Positions 54,210 to 61,718 of a stretch of 64,000 nucleotides of DNA are shown here, piece by piece. The stretch is from Chloroflexota bacterium (GTDB taxonomy: Bacteria > Chloroflexota > Dehalococcoidia > Lucifugimonadales > Australimonadaceae). The stretch covers positions 7,854 through 71,853 of the forward strand of contig VXQP01000081.1 of NCBI GenBank assembly GCA_009838965.1, read 5' to 3'. The position numbers and the translations under genes were made by a program. Under the pieces are notes generated by a model. The model did no database searches. It saw only the letters and a program-made list of their open reading frames with translations, and was not told the origin of the DNA. Each line of letters starts with the position of its first letter. Within the stretch, counting starts at the first letter, position 1.

Positions 54210-56047
54210 GGCGCGGCGCTCCTCTGCGCGGGCGAGCCCATGCGCACGGCGGCGACGCCGTTCAGGCTGGTGGCGTACTGCAACTCCGTAACGTGGGTGA
54301 ACAGCCCACCGGACTCGATCAATTCGTCGGGCGTCCCCATCTCGCCGATCTCGCCGTTCTGCATCACGATGACGAGCCCGGCATGTTGGATGGACGAGAG
54401 CCGGTGCGCGATGATGAACGTCGTCCGGTCCTTCACCACCTCCGCCATCGCGTCCTGGATGCGCGACTCCGTGCCCGCGTCGACGCTGGAGGTCGAGTCG
54501 TCCAGCACGAGTATCGGCGGGTCGAGCGCCAGCGTCCGTGCGATGGAAAGCCGCTGCCGCTGGCCGCCGGAGAGCGAGACGCCCCGTTCGCCGATAACCG
54601 TCTCGTAGCCTTCCGGCAGCGCCATGATCTCGTCGTGGATCTGGGCGGTCGTGGCCGCGGTGATGATGTCGTCCATCGTCGCGTCCTCGCGTCCGTAAGC
54701 GATGTTCTCCGCCACCGTCGCGCTGAACAGGAAGACGTCCTGCTGCACGATCCCGATGGCCGACCGGAGTGAGGCGAGCTGGCACTCCCGGATGTCTTTG
54801 CCGTCTACAGTGATGCGCCCGCCGTCCGGGTCGTAGAAGCGCGCGAGCAGGCTCATCAGCGTCGTCTTTCCGGAACCCGGCGCCCCCATGAGAGCGGTCA
54901 CCTGTCCCGGTTCCGCTTCGAATGAGACGTTCCGCACGGCGTCACGGTTGGTGTAGCCGAACGAGACGTCCTCGAACCGCACGTGGCCGCGCACTTCGCC
55001 GATAGGCACAGCCTCCGGCAGGTCCCGCACCGGTGAGTCGGCGTCGAGCACCGCGAACACCCGCTCGCCCGCGGACGCCGCCCGCGCGAACGTGTTGACG
55101 AGGAAGCCGAGCATGCGGATCGGCTGCACGAGCAGGCTGATGTAGAGGAAGAACTCTGTCAACTCACCCGGCGTCATACGCCCTTCTATGACGGCCCTGC
55201 CGCCGAACCAGAGGATCACGCCGGACGCACTCCAGAAGACTATCTGCATGAGCGAGGTGTTGAACGACTGCGCCTTCTGCACCTCGAACGTGCGGTTGAA
55301 CACTTCGTCATTCTGGCTCCGGAACTTACGCTCCTCGTGGTCCTCCGCGCCGAACGCCTTGACGACGCGCTGGCCGGAGAGGTTCTCCTGCAGCACGGTG
55401 GTGAGCTTGCCCATCTCTATCTGCGTCTGGAGCCACATGTGGCGCATCCGCCTGCTCGCCCAGATGGCGCGAGCGGCGATGACGGGAGCGAACGCCAGGC
55501 TGATGAGCGCGAGCCGGGGGTCCGTAAGCAGCATCATCGTCGCGGAGCCTGCGGTGAACAGGACTATCTGCCCGGCCCGGATGAGCCCCATACTCACGAA
55601 CATCCGCGTCATCTCCACGTCCACCGTGGACTTGGACATGAGATTGCCGGTGTGCTCGCGGTCGTGGAACGCGAAACTCAGGTGCTGCAGCTTGTCGTAC
55701 AGCATGTTGCGGATGCGGTATGCGACCCGCTGGGAGACGGCCTCCGCCATGTAGAGGTTTCCGTAGTTGAAGACGCTCCGCGCGGCGATGACGCCGATCA
55801 CCAACAAGCCCAGCCGCACGAGGTCGCCGCTGTCCCCCTGCCCCCCGGCGCCGACCGCGGCGTCGACCGCATTCCCGACCAGCCGTGGCACTGCGAGGAA
55901 GAGCACTGATGCGGTGATGAGCGAGACCCAGGCTATGATGAGCCGCCCCTTCTCCAGGGCGGCGAGTTTCGTTATGCGCCAGAGGATTCTTCGCATCGAG
56001 TTTAAGGGACGGTAGCGAGGGTACGAATCCTGATTAGTATACGCCAC
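54206..56047 (-). CDS. ABC exporter, fused permease/ATPase (Walker B lacks the catalytic Glu, canonical signature)
   Basis: GAPGSGKTT, LSGGQRQR, ILVLDDSTSSVD. Confidence 0.9.
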   Translation of the reverse strand: MAYTNQDSYPRYRPLNSMRRILWRITKLAALEKGRLIIAWVSLITASVLFLAVPRLVGNAVDAAVGAGGQGDSGDLVRLGLLVIGVIAARSVFNYGNLYMAEAVSQRVAYRIRNMLYDKLQHLSFAFHDREHTGNLMSKSTVDVEMTRMFVSMGLIRAGQIVLFTAGSATMMLLTDPRLALISLAFAPVIAARAIWASRRMRHMWLQTQIEMGKLTTVLQENLSGQRVVKAFGAEDHEERKFRSQNDEVFNRTFEVQKAQSFNTSLMQIVFWSASGVILWFGGRAVIEGRMTPGELTEFFLYISLLVQPIRMLGFLVNTFARAASAGERVFAVLDADSPVRDLPEAVPIGEVRGHVRFEDVSFGYTNRDAVRNVSFEAEPGQVTALMGAPGSGKTTLMSLLARFYDPDGGRITVDGKDIRECQLASLRSAIGIVQQDVFLFSATVAENIAYGREDATMDDIITAATTAQIHDEIMALPEGYETVIGERGVSLSGGQRQRLSIARTLALDPPILVLDDSTSSVDAGTESRIQDAMAEVVKDRTTFIIAHRLSSIQHAGLVIVMQNGEIGEMGTPDELIESGGLFTHVTELQYATSLNGVAAVRMGSPAQRSAAP

Positions 56048-56145
56048 CTTTAGGGACTCGTTAAGACGCTGTGGTTACTGCTAATCGTAGGAGTGAGGGA
56101 CAAAGAGATGAGACGTACCCGCCACCCGTCTTCGCGCGCCGGTGC

Positions 56146-56151
56146 TAGAAT
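56146..56151 (+). promoter_or_regulatory. -10 box TAGAAT upstream of rimI
   Basis: GCTAGAATCG, the same 10-mer as at ruvB. Confidence 0.4.
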
Positions 56152-56183
56152 CGGAATCGTTCCCCACAGGTGGTTCTGACGAC

Positions 56184-56816
56184 GTGCCCCGAGAAGCAGT
56201 GCTCCCCTACTCATTGCGCCCCATGGACTGGGCCGACCTCGACCAGGTCGCCGCGATGGAGCGCGAATCGTTCCCCACACTCTGGCCTCCGACCAACTAC
56301 CGCCGCGAGATGCGGAACCGCACCGCGGAGTACCTCGTCTGCGTGCGGGACGGCGAGTACCTTACGCTGGAGCGCAAGCAGGGCGCGCTCCGGCGCCTCT
56401 TCCGCCGCAACAAGCCTGGGCCACCCGAACGGCGGAGGCTGCTCGCCGGGTTCCTGGGGGTGTGGCACATGGCGGGCGAGGCACACATCGTCTCGGTAGC
56501 GGTGCGCGAGGATTACCGCCGGCGCGGGCTCGGCGAACTGCTGGTCATCGGCGCGATCGAGATGGGGATGGCGCGCGGCGCACAGGTCGTGACGCTCGAG
56601 GCGCGCGTCTCCAACGAGCCCGCGATAGCGCTCTACACCAAGTACGGTTTCCATGAGGCCGGCATCCGCCGCCGCTACTACGCCGATAACCACGAGGACG
56701 CCGTCATCATGACCACCGACGCTCTCGACTCCGCGGACTACCGCGCCCTCTTCGAGCGCCTCCGCAACGCCTTCGACGAGCGCTACGGCGAGGCCGTCCG
56801 CGAGTACATCCAGTGA
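56184..56816 (+). CDS. rimI: Ribosomal-protein-alanine N-acetyltransferase (GNAT)
   Basis: LRPMDWADLDQVAAMERESFP, VREDYRRRGLGELL, YTKYGF. The start is uncertain (GTG 56184, or 56142 as in the ORF track). Confidence 0.8.
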   Translation: MPREAVLPYSLRPMDWADLDQVAAMERESFPTLWPPTNYRREMRNRTAEYLVCVRDGEYLTLERKQGALRRLFRRNKPGPPERRRLLAGFLGVWHMAGEAHIVSVAVREDYRRRGLGELLVIGAIEMGMARGAQVVTLEARVSNEPAIALYTKYGFHEAGIRRRYYADNHEDAVIMTTDALDSADYRALFERLRNAFDERYGEAVREYIQ

Positions 56817-56865
56817 GGGCTTCAGGCTCACCACGAACGGTTCGGTCGCGCTACAATCCTGACCG

Positions 56866-57480
56866 ATGCTTCGCTTGATCCTCGTCCGCCATGGCCGCAC
56901 CTCGTGGAACGTGCAGGGTCGCGTGCAGGGCGGCGGCGGACTGGACGAGGTGGGCAGGGCGCAGGTCGCCGCACTGACGGAGCGCCTCGCCGCCGAGCCC
57001 ATCACCGCCGTCTACGCCTCGCCCGCGTGGCGCGCCCGCCAGACTGCCCAGCCGCTCGCCGACGCGCTCGGACTGCTCGTCCGCCGCCGCCGACTGCTGC
57101 GCGACCTCGACTACGGGCGGTATGCGGGCGCGTTCGTCGCAGACGTGATGCGGGACGACCCGGACCTGCTGCACCGCTGGCGCACCGAACCGCAGAACGT
57201 CACGTTCGACGGCGGCGAGAACCTCGCGGCGCTGAGGGTCCGCATTGAGCGCTTCATCTGTGATATGGCGTTGGCGCATCCGGAAGGGACGGTCGTTGCC
57301 ACGACGCACGACTCGCCGGTTCGGATGGCGGTTGCCGTCGCGTGCGGCCTGCCGGACTCGTCGCACCGCGAAGAGTGGATCAAGACGGCGTATGCCTCGG
57401 TGACGGCGTTGGAGGTGGAGGATGGCGCGGTGCGCTTGGCGTCTCACAACGACGTGGCGCACCTGGCGGGCATCCAATGA
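56866..57480 (+). CDS. Histidine phosphatase family protein
   Basis: LVRHGRTSWN, ASPAWRARQTA, ATTHDSP. Confidence 0.85.
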   Translation: MLRLILVRHGRTSWNVQGRVQGGGGLDEVGRAQVAALTERLAAEPITAVYASPAWRARQTAQPLADALGLLVRRRRLLRDLDYGRYAGAFVADVMRDDPDLLHRWRTEPQNVTFDGGENLAALRVRIERFICDMALAHPEGTVVATTHDSPVRMAVAVACGLPDSSHREEWIKTAYASVTALEVEDGAVRLASHNDVAHLAGIQ

Positions 57481-58247
57481 CGAGCGCGCCCCGCAGGACC
57501 CGCCGCAAGGTGCTGCGTCCACGCAGCGTGCGCGGCGTGAAGCCATACTCGCCGGACGAAGTCTACGATCTGCTTGAGGACTACTACGGCGTACCGAGCC
57601 GTCGCCAGCGGCTCGACGGCATGTCCGAGCTCGTATGGACGATCCTGTCGCAGCACACGTCCGACGTGAACGCCGAACGCGCGTTCGCCGCGCTCTCCGA
57701 CCGCTACGAGACGTGGGAGGACGTGCTGAACGCGCCGGAGGCGGACCTCGCCGACACGATCCGAAGCGGCGGGCTTGCCAACCAGAAGGCGCCGCGCATC
57801 CAGCAGGTGCTCGGCTCCGTGCGCGAGCGCACGGGCGGGTTCGACATCTCCTTCCTGGAAACCATGCCGCTGGAGGATGCGAAGGCCTGGCTGCGCGCGA
57901 TGCCTGGGGTCGGGCCGAAGACGGCAGGCGTCGTGCTGTCATTCTCGATGGGGCAGCCCGCGATGGCGGTCGACACGCACATCTATCGCGTGTCGAAGCG
58001 GCTCGCGCTCATCGGGCCGAAGGTGACGGCGGACGAGGCGCACGACGTGCTGGAGCAGGCCATCGCGCCGGAACGCGTGCTGAACCTGCACGTCTACCTC
58101 ATCACGCACGGGCGCCGCGTCTGCAAGGCGCAGCGCCCGCTCTGCCACGCCTGCCCCTTGGGTGAGCGCTGCCCGGAGCGTCCCCGCCACGTTCGCGAGG
58201 ATGACCCGCGCGTGCCGACCGCTACGCTCAGTCACAAGCCGCTATGA
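57477..58247 (+). CDS. nth: Endonuclease III-like HhH-GPD DNA glycosylase with [4Fe-4S] cluster motif
   Basis: LPGVGPKTAGVVL hairpin-helix-hairpin, VDTHIYRV, C-x6-C-x2-C-x5-C (CKAQRPLCHACPLGERC). ATGA overlap. Confidence 0.85.
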   Translation: MTSAPRRTRRKVLRPRSVRGVKPYSPDEVYDLLEDYYGVPSRRQRLDGMSELVWTILSQHTSDVNAERAFAALSDRYETWEDVLNAPEADLADTIRSGGLANQKAPRIQQVLGSVRERTGGFDISFLETMPLEDAKAWLRAMPGVGPKTAGVVLSFSMGQPAMAVDTHIYRVSKRLALIGPKVTADEAHDVLEQAIAPERVLNLHVYLITHGRRVCKAQRPLCHACPLGERCPERPRHVREDDPRVPTATLSHKPL

Positions 58248-58762
58248 GCGAACCGCGCCCCATCTCGCCGCTGGAACGCGCCTCGGTCGAGCGTCTGCTT
58301 GTGGCGTTGTGCGAGGAACACGGCATATCGCCGCAGCCCGCCCTGGAATGGTCCCGCCGTTTACGGCGCGTGCTCGGCAAGGCCTACCATGACCGTCGAC
58401 TCATCCGGCTCTCGGCGTGGCTCGACCACGAGCAGGCGCAGGCGACGCTGCGGCACGAGTTGGCGCACGTCGCGGTGGGAAGGGGACGGCGTCCGCACGG
58501 CGCTCGATGGAAGGCGTGGGCGGTCAAGCTGGGGGCCGACCCGCGCGCGACCGCTCACCGAGGGCCCGCGCTCGCGCCGGAGCCTGCGCCGGACCGTCGC
58601 TGCTCCGGGCTGGAGTGCCCCGGCTGCGGCATGCGCATCGTCCGTTTCCGTGTGCTGCGCGGCCTCTACTGTCGAGCGTGCGGCCCGAGGCGTGGGATGC
58701 TCTCGCGAGCGGTGCGCGGCCCGTACGCGGAGGTCGCCACATGGGCGAAGGGGGATGGGTAG
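58244..58762 (+). CDS. SprT-like zinc metalloprotease domain protein with C-terminal zinc ribbon
   Basis: HELAHV, CPGCG...CRAC. ATGA overlap with nth. Confidence 0.7.
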   Translation: MSEPRPISPLERASVERLLVALCEEHGISPQPALEWSRRLRRVLGKAYHDRRLIRLSAWLDHEQAQATLRHELAHVAVGRGRRPHGARWKAWAVKLGADPRATAHRGPALAPEPAPDRRCSGLECPGCGMRIVRFRVLRGLYCRACGPRRGMLSRAVRGPYAEVATWAKGDG

Positions 58763-59049
58763 GGGAACATATCGCCCGAAAGTTGCATGAGATGGGCTTG
58801 GCAACCGGGGATTCGCCCCCTAACATGGCGCGTGCGGCGATAGGCCGCAGAAAGGGGGTGATCCGTAGTGCATACATCATTACCTAGCACTGCTGCGTCA
58901 CCCGCTGCTCGCCGCTAGGGACCGACCGGTCGATGTCGGTCGCCCCGCGGTGTCCCGTGGGACCTCAGTGGTGGGTCCTTGCGGGAGGCGCGGCAGGGTG
59001 CACCCCGTGGAGGCCCGCTCCGGCGGTGCTGACATGGGGAACAGGACGG

Positions 59050-59086
59050 GCGCCTCGGCTCCTGATGGAGCCGGGGCGCTTCGTTT
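59050..59086 (+). terminator. Intrinsic terminator
   Basis: 13-bp stem GCGCCTCGGCTCC / GGAGCCGGGGCGC (one G-U pair), loop TGAT, followed by TTCGTTT. Confidence 0.65.
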
Positions 59087-59143
59087 AAGGCGAAGGAGTG
59101 ACGAGCGCGTCGTGTGGGAACGGCGAGAAGGCGACCTCTGCGG

Positions 59144-59149
59144 TAGAAT
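59144..59149 (+). promoter_or_regulatory. -10 box TAGAAT for the LLM oxidoreductase gene
   Basis: TGCGGTAGAAT, the same 11-mer as at tRNA-Gln. Lies between the terminator and ATG 59197. Confidence 0.45.
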
Positions 59150-59196
59150 CACATTTCGTTGGAACGCAGCCTTCCCAATAGCGGTTGGAGGATGGC

Positions 59197-60138
59197 ATGT
59201 CGGTGAAGATAGGGCTGGCCGGGGCCTCGGTGATGGCGCGCGAGGGACGCGAGACGTTTCTGCGCTACGTCGACGCCGCCGAGGAGCTGGACTGGGACTC
59301 CATTTGGTTCTCGGATCGCATCGTCGGCCCGGCGTGGCGGATGGACCCCATCGCGGGCATGGCCATCGTCACCGGACGCAGCGAGACACTGAAGTTCGGC
59401 ACCGGCGTGCTGCTGATGTCGATGCGCAGTCCGGTCACCGCCGCGCGCGAGCTTGCCACGATAGACCTGCTCTCCAACGGACGCCTCGTGCTGGGCGTCG
59501 GCGTCGGACAGGAGTCGCCCGCGGAGTACGAGGCGATGGGCGTCCGCAAGCGCGACCGCGGCAGGCGGCTCGACGAGGCCATCGTGCTGATGCGGCGCTT
59601 GTGGACGGAAGAGCGCGTCACCTACGAGAGCGAGTTCATCAAGCTGACGGACGCGACGATAGGCGTGCGCCCGAAGCAGGCGAACGTGCCGATATGGATG
59701 GGCAGCCGCTCCGAGGCTGGATTGCGCCGTACGGGCAGGCTTGGCGACGGCTGGCTGCCGACGCAGATAACGCCGGAGGAGGTCGCGGCGGGCATCGCGC
59801 GCATCCGGGAGTACGCCGCGGAGGCGGGCAATCACATAGAGGATGACCACTTCGGCCTGCAGATCAACAGCTACCTCGTGGAGAGCGGCACGGTCCCGGA
59901 GCATATCAAGGAGCGCTACCTGCTGCGGCGTCGCTCGGATGTTCCGCCGGAGCAGTTGAACCTGCTCGGCACGCCGGACCAGATCATGGCGCGGCTGCGC
60001 GAGTACATCGACGCGGGCGCGTCGAAGTTCGTGTTCAACCCCGCCTGCGGCGCGGACGAGATGCTGGAGCAGATGCGGCTGCAGGCCGAGGCCATCGTCC
60101 AGCCGTTCCACCAGAAGCTCGTGCCGCTGGGGGCGTAG
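59197..60138 (+). CDS. Luciferase-like (LLM class) F420/flavin-dependent oxidoreductase
   Basis: SIWFSDR, LKFGTGV, NGRLVLGVGVG, PIWMGS. GGAGGA RBS. Confidence 0.85.
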   Translation: MSVKIGLAGASVMAREGRETFLRYVDAAEELDWDSIWFSDRIVGPAWRMDPIAGMAIVTGRSETLKFGTGVLLMSMRSPVTAARELATIDLLSNGRLVLGVGVGQESPAEYEAMGVRKRDRGRRLDEAIVLMRRLWTEERVTYESEFIKLTDATIGVRPKQANVPIWMGSRSEAGLRRTGRLGDGWLPTQITPEEVAAGIARIREYAAEAGNHIEDDHFGLQINSYLVESGTVPEHIKERYLLRRRSDVPPEQLNLLGTPDQIMARLREYIDAGASKFVFNPACGADEMLEQMRLQAEAIVQPFHQKLVPLGA

Positions 60139-60233
60139 GCCTCTCCTCTATAATGGGGCATGCGGCCCGTCGCACTGGATTCCAGCCTTCGCTGGGATGA
60201 CGAGGTTACACACAACGGGTCAGGTGAAGGTGT

Positions 60234-61268
60234 ATGAAGATAGGCATCATCAACGTGACGGGGTACGCGGGTATCGAGCTCGCACGCATCCTGTACCGCC
60301 ATCCTGAGGCTGAGGTCGTCAGCGTTACGGGGCGCAGCCAGGCCGGCGAGGAGTTGGGCGACGCGCTGCCGCATCTGTCGCGGATGGACATCACCATCGA
60401 GCCGGAGATCACCGGCAGCGTCGACGTCGTCTTCTCCGCGCTGCCGCAGGTCGCCTCGGCTGAGGCGTGCGTCCCGTTCGCGCGGGACGGCGTGAAGGTC
60501 GTCGACATCTCCGCCGACTTCCGCCTGCACGACCCCGACGAGTACGCGCTCTGGTACGGTGCCGAGCACCCCGCGCCCGACCTGCTTGAGACGTCCGTCT
60601 ACGGCCTCACGGAGCTGGATAGGGATGGCATCTCCTCGGCGCAGCTTGTGGCGAACCCTGGCTGCTACCCCACCGCCGCCCTGCTGGCGCTTGCGCCGGT
60701 GGTCGAGAAGGGCCTCATCGGCGAGCAGATCGTGGTCGACTGCAAGTCCGGCGTCTCGGGCGCGGGTCGCGGTCTGAGCATGACGACGCACTTTTCCGAG
60801 GTGAACGAGAACGTCTTCGCCTACTCGGTTGGCGGGCACCGTCACCTGCCGGAGATTACGCAGGAACTGCGCCGCATCAAGGACGGCTATGCACCGAAGG
60901 TGCTCTTCCAGCCGCACCTCATCCCCATGACGCGCGGCATCCTCGATACCATCTATGCCGACTTCGTGGATGGCGCGTTCGGCTCAGTGGAGGAGGCGTC
61001 GGCCTCGATGACCGAGCTCTACTGCGAGTACTACCGCGATGAGCCGTTCGTGAAGGTGACCGACAAGTCGCCCCAGACGAAGCAGACCTGGGGTAACAAC
61101 GACTGCCTCGTTTATCCTACGGTGGACCGGCATACGGGCAAGCTCGTCGTCTTCTCCGCGCTGGACAACCTCGTGAAGGGCGCTGCGGGGCAGGCGGTGC
61201 AGAACATGAACCTCATGTTCGGGCTGCCGGAGGCGACGGGGCTGGAGCAACTGGCCATCTACCCGTAG
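60234..61268 (+). CDS. argC: N-acetyl-gamma-glutamyl-phosphate reductase
   Basis: KIGIINVTGYAGIEL, ANPGCYPTA, SGVSGAGR. Confidence 0.95.
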   Translation: MKIGIINVTGYAGIELARILYRHPEAEVVSVTGRSQAGEELGDALPHLSRMDITIEPEITGSVDVVFSALPQVASAEACVPFARDGVKVVDISADFRLHDPDEYALWYGAEHPAPDLLETSVYGLTELDRDGISSAQLVANPGCYPTAALLALAPVVEKGLIGEQIVVDCKSGVSGAGRGLSMTTHFSEVNENVFAYSVGGHRHLPEITQELRRIKDGYAPKVLFQPHLIPMTRGILDTIYADFVDGAFGSVEEASASMTELYCEYYRDEPFVKVTDKSPQTKQTWGNNDCLVYPTVDRHTGKLVVFSALDNLVKGAAGQAVQNMNLMFGLPEATGLEQLAIYP

Positions 61269-61320
61269 CGCGCCTATCCTTACATGCGCCACAAGGCGCG
61301 CCGCCGCCGCACGCACGCGT

Positions 61321-61397
61321 GCCCCTATAGTCTAGCGGCCTAGGACGCCACCCTTTCAAGGTGGAGATCGCGGGTTCGAATCCCGCTGGGGGCACCA
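61321..61397 (+). tRNA. tRNA-Glu (anticodon TTC), CCA encoded
   Basis: Acceptor GCCCCTA/TGGGGGC, anticodon loop CTTTCAA, T-arm GCGGG-TTCGAAT-CCCGC. Confidence 0.9.
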
Positions 61398-61718
61398 GAA
61401 CTCTCTTGGATTACGAGTAAATCAAGGGGAAACGCGCATCAGTTGTCACTTTCGTTGTCACTGCTATTGGACGGGGTCCCGCGGCAGCGAGTCTGGCGTG
61501 ACGCCCGGATTGTCACATTCCAGCAAGCAATTCACTGAGTCGGGTGCAAGCCCATTGTCTGCGTAGGCATGAGCCGCCGATGCCCTTGGCAGACCAGGTC
61601 ATCTGCGCGTTGCACTGGCGGTGAGGGGAGCCGAGGGCAGGGTTGGCTCGTATATCATCACCATCACCACGCCTGAACGCCGACGCCTGGGAGGCCTTAC
61701 AGTGGGCTTATCGAACGA

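Noticed and set aside
58797-58815. Sigma-54 promoter (TGGCAA-N-TTCGC)
   Set aside because: The GG to GC spacing is 2-3 nt too long for the TGGCAC-N5-TTGC consensus, and no enhancer-binding protein gene is nearby.
58950-59040. SRP RNA domain IV, or a guanidine, ZTP or cobalamin riboswitch, in the structured intergenic segment
   Set aside because: GGTCC-UUGC-GGGAGGCGCGGC superficially resembles GGUCC-GGAA-GGAAGCAGC of SRP RNA but lacks the invariant AGCA. CTAGGGACCG resembles the start of the ykkC motif, but the GGUCCGAGAG and ACGGCGGGA..CCCGGGAGA blocks are absent. No B12 box or ZTP pseudoknot core was found.
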